Shown piece by piece: positions 1 to 9,121 of a stretch of DNA of 64,000 nt; the stretch's first letter is position 1; each line of letters begins with the position of its first letter. A program made the translations under genes and the position numbers. The notes under the pieces were generated by a model. The model did not search any database. It was not told the DNA's origin and was given only the letters and a program-made list of their open reading frames with translations. This DNA comes from Patescibacteria group bacterium (GTDB taxonomy: Bacteria; Patescibacteriota; Patescibacteriia; UBA11705; DATKZF01), in the NCBI GenBank assembly GCA_049319825.1, contig JBMORT010000002.1, positions 204,072 to 268,071 of the forward strand. The letters are read 5' to 3'.

Positions 1-3
1 ACG

Positions 4-465
4 TTGGATAATCTGCGCGACTATCCGCTGCCGGAAAAGCACTGTGAAATCACGCGCATCAATTTCACGGCCGCGGGCATCCCGATGACGGTATCCAGCG
101 TCGAAAACAGCATGTACGTCGAAACCGAGGTGAGGGATGTCGTCGCCTTCAGACAGTATGCCAGTGATGCGCTATCCTGGTGGAAAATCAGTTCGGGAAA
201 AATTGAAGATCTCGGGTCGCGGCTGTCCATGAAAGTCGCGACGCGGCAAAAATACGATTTTGCCATGCTCCGGCAGGCCATGTTCGATTACTACGGCAGG
301 TACTTCGACGATGTCAGCGCCACGGTCACTTGCGGCAATTTGCCCGAATGGATCGTGACGGAATATCCCGTCGAGTGGGAACGGGTGATTCGCGAGGCGC
401 CGATTCGCGAAGATCTCGCGCCGCCGGAACCAACCGCTCGTCCGGGGAAAAGGCGCCCACGATAA
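4..465 (+). CDS. hypothetical protein (possibly 5' truncated by window edge)
   Basis: 153-aa ORF running from the window start region; no recognisable motif; followed by hairpin terminator. Confidence 0.35.
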   Translation: MDNLRDYPLPEKHCEITRINFTAAGIPMTVSSVENSMYVETEVRDVVAFRQYASDALSWWKISSGKIEDLGSRLSMKVATRQKYDFAMLRQAMFDYYGRYFDDVSATVTCGNLPEWIVTEYPVEWERVIREAPIREDLAPPEPTARPGKRRPR

Positions 466-475
466 CTACGAAATT

Positions 476-498
476 AAAGCTCTGCATCAGAGCTTTTT
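476..498 (+). terminator. intrinsic terminator hairpin AAAGCTCTG-cat-CAGAGCTTT + TT
   Basis: 9-bp perfect inverted repeat immediately after stop of ORF 4..465. Confidence 0.5.
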
Positions 499-519
499 AT
501 AATTAAAAAAAATGAAAAA

Positions 520-546
520 AACACCGATCTAACCGGTGTTTTTATT
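520..546. terminator. bidirectional terminator hairpin AACACCG..CGGTGTT flanked by A-run and T-run
   Basis: 7-bp stem with A7 upstream and TTTATT downstream; lies between convergent ORFs. Confidence 0.45.
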
Positions 547-563
547 GTGATGGGGAGGTCGGG

Positions 564-1160
564 TTATTGAGGGTAGTTGGTGACATCGATTACTTTGCCG
601 TCATCATCCAGTAAAATCGTCACCGTCGGTTCCATGTCGGTTTGGTTTGGAAATGCCTGGACTTCCCAAAGATAATGAAAGTCGAGACCGTTGTAGCGCA
701 GCAGTGAAATAATGACCACCGCGTCGGGGTTAGAGGCTTTGAAAGCCTCGATTTCCTTTTTGGCCGCGTTATAAACCGCCGGACTGTCCATCTTCAGCGC
801 CTCACCGCCTTGCTGATCGTAAGAGCATTCGCCCTGATCGGTCATGGAAACGACCATTTCTTTTTTTACGGTCAGGTATTCGACTTTATTTTGAGACGGA
901 GAGCAATAGTAGAAGTACCAAGCGTCGCTTCTGCCGGTTTCATCGATCATTGATTGAAAGTTTTTTTCCACTACCGCGTCGGTCGCCCATGTCTTCGCTT
1001 TGACATCTGCCACTTTCTTCGCTTCTTGGATGGTCATCAGCGTTTTGCCTTCGACTTGATTTTGTGATTGCTGCTGATTGGCGGTCGGGGTTTGCTGCCC
1101 GCAGCCGGTCGCCATCAGCACCAGCGTCAACATCGGAATAAAAAGAAATGCTTTTTTCAT
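564..1160 (-). CDS. putative lipoprotein, unknown function
   Basis: N-terminal signal peptide with lipobox-like LMATGC; no catalytic motif recognised. Confidence 0.5.
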   Translation of the reverse strand: MKKAFLFIPMLTLVLMATGCGQQTPTANQQQSQNQVEGKTLMTIQEAKKVADVKAKTWATDAVVEKNFQSMIDETGRSDAWYFYYCSPSQNKVEYLTVKKEMVVSMTDQGECSYDQQGGEALKMDSPAVYNAAKKEIEAFKASNPDAVVIISLLRYNGLDFHYLWEVQAFPNQTDMEPTVTILLDDDGKVIDVTNYPQ

Positions 1161-1165
1161 AGTTT

Positions 1166-2149
1166 TTATTCTTTAATTAATAATCCGATTTTTTTATATA
1201 CTTCTTCCAATTTCCCCTCGGCTATTTTATTGGCGGCTTTCGAGCCTTTATCTAGAATTTTTATGACTTCTTTGTCGTCAATTTTTTTTAGCCGATCTTG
1301 AATCGGGGCAAAAAATTCGATTACTTTTTCCGCCAGATCTTTTTTAAAATCGCCATAACCTCGGCCTTGAAACGTTTTTTGTATGTCATTCATGCCTTTT
1401 CCGGTCACCAGATGGTAGATGGTCATTAAATTGGAAACAGCCGGCTTATCCGGCGCGTAGGCTATCTCTGAGCCGGAATCAGTGACCGCCTTGGCGATTT
1501 TTTTTCGAATAATATCAGGCTCATCGGTAACGGCGATGTAATTGTACTCGGATGCCGCTGATTTGGACATCTTTTGATTTGGATCGTCCAGCCCCATCAG
1601 GCGGGCGCCGAGGTTGGGTACAAAGCTTTGCGGCACAGTGAATGTTTGGCCGTACAAATTATTGAATTTTTTGGCAATGGTTCTGGCCAGCTCCACGTGC
1701 TGTTTTTGGTCTTCGCCCACCGGCACGACTTCCGTGTCGTAGAGCAAGATGTCGGCGGCCATCAGCACCGGATAATCAAACAAGCCCGCGTTAATATTTT
1801 CTTGGTGTCTTTGTGATTTGTCTTTGAATTGCGTCATGCGCTCAAGCTCGGCCATCGGCGTGATGGTGTTCAAAATCCATGACAGCTCGGCATGCGCCGG
1901 CACGCTGGATTGAAGAAACAGCGTGCATTTTTTCGGATCAATACCTGATGCCATGAACAACTTGGCCAAGTTGATCGTATTTTGTCTGAGTAATTCCGGA
2001 GGTTGGTGCACTGTCAGCGCGTGCCAATCGACAATGCAAAAAAACGAATCATATTCATTAATGAAATCAAGCCAATTTTTAATGGCGCCGAAATAATTGC
2101 CGATATGGATTATGCCGCTCGGCTGAATGCCGCTGAAGATTCTTTTCAT
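1166..2149 (-). CDS. trpS: tryptophanyl-tRNA synthetase
   Basis: class I aaRS HIGH-type motif (GIQPSG..HIGNY) and KMSKS motif; ~327 aa typical TrpRS size. Confidence 0.9.
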   Translation of the reverse strand: MKRIFSGIQPSGIIHIGNYFGAIKNWLDFINEYDSFFCIVDWHALTVHQPPELLRQNTINLAKLFMASGIDPKKCTLFLQSSVPAHAELSWILNTITPMAELERMTQFKDKSQRHQENINAGLFDYPVLMAADILLYDTEVVPVGEDQKQHVELARTIAKKFNNLYGQTFTVPQSFVPNLGARLMGLDDPNQKMSKSAASEYNYIAVTDEPDIIRKKIAKAVTDSGSEIAYAPDKPAVSNLMTIYHLVTGKGMNDIQKTFQGRGYGDFKKDLAEKVIEFFAPIQDRLKKIDDKEVIKILDKGSKAANKIAEGKLEEVYKKIGLLIKE

Positions 2150-2176
2150 ATATTTATGAAGCTGATTTAAATTGAC

Positions 2177-3907
2177 TTAGACTTCAATGACCACGGGCAG
2201 TACCATGGGACGTCGCTGCGTTTTTTTGAATAAAAATGCGCCAACTTCGTTTCTGAGCTTGTTTTTAATTTCGTTTGGATCGGCCGGACATTTGGCATTT
2301 TTATCCTTGACGATTTTTTTCACCAGACTTCTGGCGCTCTCCACCAATTCCTTGCTTTCCTTCATGTAAATGAATCCGCGAGAAATAATATCCGGACTGC
2401 CGACCAGCTCCCCGGTTCTCCGGCTGACCGTGGCGATTACCACGAACATGCCGTCTTCGGCCATTTGCATGCGGTCGCGCAATACAATATTGCTGATATC
2501 GCCGACGCCCAATCCGTCCACCATCACATACTCGGTCGGCACCCGTTCCTTGGTCAATTCGCCCATAATTTCCCGCCCTTTTTTATAGAATTCCATTACT
2601 TGGCCGTTATCGGCGACAAAGATGTTCGATTTGGGCATGCCCAGACTTTCCGCCAGTTCAGCGTTGGCTCGGAGCATGAAGTGATTGGCTTCGATCGGTA
2701 TGTAATATTTCGGCTTGAGCAATCGAATCAACATCTTCAGGTCTTCCTGCCGAGCGTGTCCGCCGGCATGGACATCCATCATTTTATAATGAAAAACTTT
2801 GGCCCCCTGCCTGGCGAGCGTGTCTTTTAAACTTTGAATGGTTCTTTCATTCCCGGGAATAACCGATGATGAGAAAATCACGGTGTCGCCTTTGGCAATG
2901 GACATAAAGCGGTGATCATTGTTGGCGATCCTCATTAACACCGCATTACTTTCGCCTTGCGCGCCGGTGCCGATCAGCACCTGTTTTTGCGGCGCCAGCC
3001 GTTGAAATTCTCCTTCTTCGACAATGGTGCCCGGCTTGATTTTTAAATATCCCAGCTGATGCGCGATTTCCACATTGGACTTCATGCTGCGTCCGTCAAG
3101 ATAAACTTTTTTTTCGAGTTTTTCGCAGATGGAGATGATCTGCTGAACTCGATTTAATAAAGAAGCGAAAGTGCCGACGATAATGCGGCCGGGAGCTTGT
3201 TCGAGTATTTGTTCCAAGTCTTGGCCGACAGTGCTTTCGGATATCTGGTAGCCGGGTTGCTCGGCGTTGGTGGAATCGGCCATTAGCGCTAAAACGCCGC
3301 GGGCGCCGAACTGGGCGATGCGGTTTAAATCCGCCGGCTTATCATTGATCGGGTTAAAATCAATTTTAAAATCTCCGGTGTGCACGATCATGCCGACCGG
3401 CGAAGTGATCACCACGCCGAAGCTATCGGGTATATTGTGGTTGACTCTGAAAAATTCCGCTTTCAATTTTCCCAGCGCGATGCTGTCTTTTTCCGGAATG
3501 ATTGTTTGAATGTTGAGTTTGGGCTGTTTGGATTCTTCGTGCCGCTTGGCGATGATGCCGGCCGTCAATTTGGTGGTGTAAATCGTCGGATTGCCCAGCT
3601 CCGGAATCAAATAAGACACGGCGCCGATGTGGTCGTAGTGGCCGTGAGTGATGATCACGCCTTTGATGTTTTTGATTTTGTTTTTTAGATAGGTGATGTC
3701 GGGAATGATAAAATCAATGCCCGGCATGTCTTCTTCTGGAAACTGCAATCCCATGTCGATAATGACTATGTCATTGCCGTATTCGACGACAGTCATGTTC
3801 CGGCCGACTTCTTCGAGTCCGCCAAGGGCCATCACGCGCAATTTATTGCCGCGCTGAGCCCAAGTTCTGGATAATGGCCGTCGCTGTCTGATTTTTCTTC
3901 TGTCCAT
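2177..3907 (-). CDS. rnj: ribonuclease J (metallo-beta-lactamase / beta-CASP RNase)
   Basis: ITHGHYDHIGA metallo-beta-lactamase motif, 576 aa; true start may be the internal MALGGLEEVG. Confidence 0.85.
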   Translation of the reverse strand: MDRRKIRQRRPLSRTWAQRGNKLRVMALGGLEEVGRNMTVVEYGNDIVIIDMGLQFPEEDMPGIDFIIPDITYLKNKIKNIKGVIITHGHYDHIGAVSYLIPELGNPTIYTTKLTAGIIAKRHEESKQPKLNIQTIIPEKDSIALGKLKAEFFRVNHNIPDSFGVVITSPVGMIVHTGDFKIDFNPINDKPADLNRIAQFGARGVLALMADSTNAEQPGYQISESTVGQDLEQILEQAPGRIIVGTFASLLNRVQQIISICEKLEKKVYLDGRSMKSNVEIAHQLGYLKIKPGTIVEEGEFQRLAPQKQVLIGTGAQGESNAVLMRIANNDHRFMSIAKGDTVIFSSSVIPGNERTIQSLKDTLARQGAKVFHYKMMDVHAGGHARQEDLKMLIRLLKPKYYIPIEANHFMLRANAELAESLGMPKSNIFVADNGQVMEFYKKGREIMGELTKERVPTEYVMVDGLGVGDISNIVLRDRMQMAEDGMFVVIATVSRRTGELVGSPDIISRGFIYMKESKELVESARSLVKKIVKDKNAKCPADPNEIKNKLRNEVGAFLFKKTQRRPMVLPVVIEV

Positions 3908-4034
3908 AATGTGTTCGATGTTTAATTATTAAAGAGAGAGCGGCGCCGCCTTCGGCGGCCACCATAAATTTCGGATCTCGCCGAAATTCGGGATCATTAT
4001 TTGAAGATATGGAATTCTTAAACGATGAATGTCG

Positions 4035-5891
4035 CTATTCTGATTTTTTGCCCAGCCGGCGATCGGTATTGACATACCAATCGGAGATGCCGGCATAACG
4101 ATGAGCGGGCATGATTATTTGGTGAGTTTCGATGCCTTGAATTTTTTTGGATATGGGATAAGTGTAGGTCGTGTTGATTAAAAATATCGCCGGCAATTCT
4201 TCCGCTATGATATTTTGAAATTCGACGTATTTGGTTTGCCGATCTTCCGTGTTTGTGGTTTTTCGGGCTTCCTCCAGCAGTTTATCGGCTTTGGCGTTTT
4301 TAAAGCATGACAAGTTCAGGCCCGGATGCTTGCATTGGGTAGAATGCCAAAACGGATACGGGTCGGGATCGGTGCCCAGAATTTCACCGTAAAGCAGAAT
4401 GCCGAAATTTCGATCTTTTATTTTATCTCGCTGTATTTGAGCGGCATCTAAAATCTCCAGGTTGGTTTTAACTCCGATTTGCTGCCATGATTGCTGAATG
4501 CTTTTGGCGATTTTTTCATACTCCGTTTGAGCGGGGAGAGTGATCGCCAGTTCCAAAAATTGATCTCCTTTTTTACGAACTTGAAATGGGTACGGATCAC
4601 TGCCTTCGCTCGTTGGATAAGCGGACAGCTTCCAGCCGGCGTCATCCAATATTTTTTTGGCTTGCTCTATATCGAAGCCGTATTTTTTAATGTCTTGGTT
4701 GTAGCCGATAAATCCTTCCAAAATCGGGCTGTCGATAGCAATGGCCGAATTTTGGTAAATCGATTCGACGATCTCGTTTTTATTAACGCCAGACGCCAGC
4801 GCCTGCCTGACGTTTTTATCTTTTAAAATTTCCGCCACGTTCAGATTGATAAATAAGGCAATGTATTGAGGCAGAGAAAATTGATAAAAATTTAAACTGC
4901 GGTTATTAAAAATATCCGATTTGTTTTTTTCCGGCAGATAGCTGATGCCCTCGATGTTTTTATTGTTAAGAGCGTCAATGGCGCTGGTAAAGTCAGGATA
5001 GAATTTGAAGGTTAAGGTTTCTATATAAGGCTGCTGTCCGTGATATAATTTGTTTTTCGTCAGAGAAATGATTTTAACCGCACCGTTTTTTTCTTTGTAT
5101 ATTGATTTGACTTTATATTTTCCGCAACCAACGGGTTTAATGTTCGTTTCCGCCAGATTCATGTTTTCCGCGGGGATATCAATCCAAACATGCTCCGGTA
5201 AGATGCCGACCGTCAGCGATTCCATAAATGGGGCAAAGACTTCCTCCAGTTTGAATTTAACTGTCCGATCGTCAATTCTTTCAACGCTGACGCCGCTGAA
5301 ATTGAAAATCAGCGGGCTTTTGGCCTTTGGATCTTTTATCCGGTCAACAGTAAAGATAACATCGTCAACCGTTAGTTTTTCACCGTCATCCCAGCTTAAT
5401 CCTTCACGCAAAGAGAGCGTGTATTCTTTTTGATCGTCGCTGATTTGAATGCTTGACGCCAGATCCGGAACCAATCCTTGGCTCGGATCAAATCGCAGCA
5501 GACCGGAGAAAATCAAATAACTCAAATCAAGATCGACATCGTTTGTTTGAGCCAGAACCGGATTTATGTATTGGGGCGATCCGATCAATCCTTCGGTGTA
5601 TTCGCCGCCTGCGGCGGCGGACACGTATGAGTTAATCCAATATAAATTTACGGCCAGCGCCATCACCGCGAATACGAGCAGCGGCGCGATTATTTTAATT
5701 AGCAACGATTCTGTTTTAGATAAATATTTGGAAACGTATTTAAGCTGCTTTAATGACGGTAGCCGTTTGGCGCCGCTTAAATTTTGGACCAGTCGCTGAT
5801 CCATTTGGGTCTGATATTGTATTCTCTTTATTTTTTCGCGATTTCCGGCGCCGATTCTCCCACGTAAAAATTTGTGAAAATATTTATTCAC
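4035..5891 (-). CDS. ABC transporter substrate-binding protein, family 5 (oligopeptide/nickel type), membrane anchored
   Basis: N-terminal TM helix then ~550 aa SBP_bac_5-like region. Confidence 0.65.
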   Translation of the reverse strand: MNKYFHKFLRGRIGAGNREKIKRIQYQTQMDQRLVQNLSGAKRLPSLKQLKYVSKYLSKTESLLIKIIAPLLVFAVMALAVNLYWINSYVSAAAGGEYTEGLIGSPQYINPVLAQTNDVDLDLSYLIFSGLLRFDPSQGLVPDLASSIQISDDQKEYTLSLREGLSWDDGEKLTVDDVIFTVDRIKDPKAKSPLIFNFSGVSVERIDDRTVKFKLEEVFAPFMESLTVGILPEHVWIDIPAENMNLAETNIKPVGCGKYKVKSIYKEKNGAVKIISLTKNKLYHGQQPYIETLTFKFYPDFTSAIDALNNKNIEGISYLPEKNKSDIFNNRSLNFYQFSLPQYIALFINLNVAEILKDKNVRQALASGVNKNEIVESIYQNSAIAIDSPILEGFIGYNQDIKKYGFDIEQAKKILDDAGWKLSAYPTSEGSDPYPFQVRKKGDQFLELAITLPAQTEYEKIAKSIQQSWQQIGVKTNLEILDAAQIQRDKIKDRNFGILLYGEILGTDPDPYPFWHSTQCKHPGLNLSCFKNAKADKLLEEARKTTNTEDRQTKYVEFQNIIAEELPAIFLINTTYTYPISKKIQGIETHQIIMPAHRYAGISDWYVNTDRRLGKKSE

Positions 5892-5912
5892 ACGATTGTA
5901 TGTAATTATTCA

Positions 5913-6134
5913 TTATAAAACGATTTGAAGAAATGAAACGCAGATGAATAATATGGAGAAAATAATGGTCAAAGTAAAAAGAGTTTTTTCGATACCGCGT
6001 TTGGTGCGATAAACCGCGCCGCTACCGCCGAAAACCCCGCTGAGGCCGGTGCCCCGATTCTGAAGCAAGATAACGATGATCAATAAAACTGACAGCGTGA
6101 TTTGGATAATAGTTAATATTCTTGATAAATCCAT
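5913..6134 (-). CDS. secG: preprotein translocase subunit SecG
   Basis: 73 aa, two TM helices with LLQ.RG.GL.G.FGG signature. Confidence 0.7.
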   Translation of the reverse strand: MDLSRILTIIQITLSVLLIIVILLQNRGTGLSGVFGGSGAVYRTKRGIEKTLFTLTIIFSILFICVSFLQIVL

Positions 6135-6284
6135 AGATTTAATTAATTTTCACCAATTAGTAATTTGGTAAAAAATCGTATTTTGGGATAGTTTAACGTT
6201 ATATAAAGGATTATAATGTAAACTTCGCGGCTTGTCAACGGCCGAGTTTTCGTTTCTTTTTTAAAAAATGCTATAATATAACCA

Positions 6285-6989
6285 ATGAAAAATAAACAAC
6301 AATGGCGTCAGCGGAGTTGGTTCAAACCGACAATGATTATGGTCGGCGTTGTTTTGATAATTACGGCCGTCGAGCTGGCCGTTCATCGTCCTTTTGGTAA
6401 TTTCTTTAGCGCCCTGCTTCATAAAACGGCAGTCAGAACATTTGACATGGAACAAATCGTCACCGCCGCCGATCCTTATCTGGGAGATCAATCCGCTCCG
6501 GTAAAAATAGTGGAATTCGCCGATTTCAATTGTCCGTATTGCCGGGCGGCTTACCCGGTGGTGCGAGAAGTGCTGAGCGAATATCAAGCCAGCGAGGTTT
6601 TTTTTCAGTTTCGGGATTTCCCGGTGGTCGCTGCCTCTTCGGTCTGGCTGGCCATGGCCGGATCATGCGCTCATGAGCAGAACAAATTCTGGCCTTTTCA
6701 TGATAAACTTTTTTTGCGACAGGGGCAGGTAACGGAATCAAACATCGGGCAGCTGGCTCAAACCGCCGGCCTGAATGTCGATTCGTTTCAACGCTGCCTT
6801 GATGGCGAAAAATATAGAAACGAAGTGGCCGACGATTATTTATCCGCGGAAAACAACGCCGTCGACGGCACGCCCACTTTTTTTATAAACGGTTTGATGT
6901 TTCAAGGCGTGCCGGAAAAGGAAAATTTGATAAAAATCATCGATCATTTTTTATCGACACAAGATTCGAAGGTCAAAACGGAGAAGTGA
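6285..6989 (+). CDS. DsbA-family thiol:disulfide oxidoreductase, membrane anchored
   Basis: N-terminal TM helix; thioredoxin-fold CPYC active site (FNCPYCRAAYP). Confidence 0.7.
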   Translation: MKNKQQWRQRSWFKPTMIMVGVVLIITAVELAVHRPFGNFFSALLHKTAVRTFDMEQIVTAADPYLGDQSAPVKIVEFADFNCPYCRAAYPVVREVLSEYQASEVFFQFRDFPVVAASSVWLAMAGSCAHEQNKFWPFHDKLFLRQGQVTESNIGQLAQTAGLNVDSFQRCLDGEKYRNEVADDYLSAENNAVDGTPTFFINGLMFQGVPEKENLIKIIDHFLSTQDSKVKTEK

Positions 6990-7076
6990 AATGAATGGAG
7001 AAATCGGCATTGCGTCTATTGCCGAATTATCGCCGATGTTTAATGTTTGCGGCTTCGCGTTTTAAATTAATTTCAT

Positions 7077-7631
7077 ATGAAAGAAATCAGAATACACGGT
7101 CGGGGAGGCCAAGGAGCGGTGACCGCCGCGGAATTGCTGGCCAGAGCCGTTTTCTATGCCGGAAAATATTCGCAAGCCTTTCCCAATTTTGGAGTTGAAA
7201 GACGTGGCGCTCCGCTTGAGGCTTACGTCCGGGTCAGCGACCAGTCGATCAGGTTGCGCCAGCAGGTTTATCATCCCGATTTTTTGATTATCATGGATAA
7301 AAGCTTATTGATGTCTTCGCGCACCGTGCACGGCGTGAAAAAAAATACGATTGTTTTGGTCAATAGCGAACATCCTTGTCGCTGTTCCAATTTGAAAACC
7401 TACCATGTTCCCGCCACTTCGATCGCTTTGGAGGCTTTGTCGAATCCCAATCTTATCAATACCGCTCTAATGGGAGCTTTCGCCGTCCTGACCGGATTGG
7501 TGACCGCTGATTCGCTTGAGCGAGCCGCCCAAGAAAGTTTTTTTCACAAGGGAGAAGACATTATTCAAAAAAATATCATTGCCATGAAAGTGGCGCGAAG
7601 GTTTATCGAAGAGGAATATTTAAAAAAATGA
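7077..7631 (+). CDS. porG: pyruvate/2-oxoacid:ferredoxin oxidoreductase gamma subunit
   Basis: N-terminal MKEIRIHGRGGQGAVTAAELLA signature of POR gamma. Confidence 0.8.
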   Translation: MKEIRIHGRGGQGAVTAAELLARAVFYAGKYSQAFPNFGVERRGAPLEAYVRVSDQSIRLRQQVYHPDFLIIMDKSLLMSSRTVHGVKKNTIVLVNSEHPCRCSNLKTYHVPATSIALEALSNPNLINTALMGAFAVLTGLVTADSLERAAQESFFHKGEDIIQKNIIAMKVARRFIEEEYLKK

Positions 7632-7682
7632 AAATATTAGCGCTTCGGACAATTATATTCGCTTAAGTTCAATTATTATCTT

Positions 7683-7961
7683 ATGAAAAAGCCGTTACAG
7701 ACCAAGCCCGGCACCTCCCGCTTCAATAATACCGGCGTTTGGCGGACATTTAAGCCCATCGTCGATCACTCGCGCTGCATCGCCTGCGGGATATGCTCGC
7801 GTGTCTGTCCGGAAGGCTGTATTTTTCCGGTCGGAGAAAAAATTCTTCAAAAGGGCGGAAAGGTTTTTTTCGAGCAAGACCTTGATTACTGCAAAGGGTG
7901 CGGCATTTGCGCCCAAGAATGTCCGGTCAAGTGCATTAAAATGATCAGAGAAGAAAAATAA
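7683..7961 (+). CDS. porD: pyruvate/2-oxoacid:ferredoxin oxidoreductase delta subunit (2x[4Fe-4S] ferredoxin)
   Basis: two CxxCxxCxxxCP clusters in 92 aa. Confidence 0.8.
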   Translation: MKKPLQTKPGTSRFNNTGVWRTFKPIVDHSRCIACGICSRVCPEGCIFPVGEKILQKGGKVFFEQDLDYCKGCGICAQECPVKCIKMIREEK

Positions 7962-8011
7962 AATAGCAACCGAAATTGAGATATCAATATGAAAACAGCG
8001 AGTTTACAAAT

Positions 8012-9121
8012 ATGAAAAAATTTCTCGAGGGATCTCAGGCCGTGGCTGAAGTGATCAAGCTGGTCAAACCGGATGTGGTGGCAGTTTATCCGATCACGCC
8101 GCAGACCCATATAATCGAAGCATTGGCTCAATATAAAGCCGACGGTTTGGCCGATTTTGAATATATCAGGGCTGAAAACGAGTTTGCTTCTTCTTCCATC
8201 GTTTTGGGCGCCAGCGCGGCCGGCAGCCGCGTTTATACCGCCTCGAGTTCTCAGGGACTGCTTTTAATGACTGAGGTTTTATACAATATCGCCGGCATGC
8301 GTTTACCAGTGGTGATGACCGCGGCGAACCGAGCAGTTTCCGCTCCGCTGAACATCTGGAACGATCAGCAAGACGCCATGCCCGCGCGCGATTCGGGCTG
8401 GTTGATGTTCTTTGCCAAGGATAATCAGGAGGCGGCGGATCTTCATTTGATGGCTTATAAGTTGGCCGAAAAGCTTTCGTTGCCGGCGATGGTCAATATG
8501 GACGGCTTTGTGTTGACGCACACTTATGAGCCGGTGGACATCCCGACTCAAGCGCAAGTCAATAAATTCATAAAAAAATACGTGCCGAAAAAAAATGCTC
8601 ATCTTAACGTTATCAGCCCGGTCAGTCTGGGCTGCTTTGCCACGCCCGACGATTATCAGGAAATTCGGCTCGAGCTCCACCGTGATTTGCTGGACGCGAA
8701 AAATCTTTATTTGCGGGAATTGAAAAAATTTAAAGCGATATTCGGCAGAGATCTCGGTATCATCGAATATTATGGGCCGAAAAACGCCACCAGAGTGTTA
8801 GTCTCGCTGGGGGCGGTGAGCGGTACGATACGAGCGGCGATTGACGAGTTAAACAAATCCGGACAAACCACGGCCGCGCTGAATATCACGCTGTTTCGAC
8901 CTTTTCCGATTGAAGAAATAAGAAACGCATTAAAAAACAAAAAAGAGGCGATCGTGCTCGATCGAGCCATTTCGTTGGGCAGCGGCGGTATTCTGCATAA
9001 TGAAATTTCCGCTGCCCTGGCCGGGTTGAAAGTGAAGGTCACCAGCCGGGTGACCGGACTCGGTGGCCGAGACATTACGGTCGATCAAATAAAGAAATTT
9101 TTTTCGAGTTATGACAAATAA
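8012..9121 (+). CDS. porA: pyruvate/2-oxoacid:ferredoxin oxidoreductase alpha subunit
   Basis: ORF track starts at TTG 7976; first ATG at 8012 (MKKFLEGSQAVAE..) typical PorA N-terminus. Confidence 0.85.
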   Translation: MKKFLEGSQAVAEVIKLVKPDVVAVYPITPQTHIIEALAQYKADGLADFEYIRAENEFASSSIVLGASAAGSRVYTASSSQGLLLMTEVLYNIAGMRLPVVMTAANRAVSAPLNIWNDQQDAMPARDSGWLMFFAKDNQEAADLHLMAYKLAEKLSLPAMVNMDGFVLTHTYEPVDIPTQAQVNKFIKKYVPKKNAHLNVISPVSLGCFATPDDYQEIRLELHRDLLDAKNLYLRELKKFKAIFGRDLGIIEYYGPKNATRVLVSLGAVSGTIRAAIDELNKSGQTTAALNITLFRPFPIEEIRNALKNKKEAIVLDRAISLGSGGILHNEISAALAGLKVKVTSRVTGLGGRDITVDQIKKFFSSYDK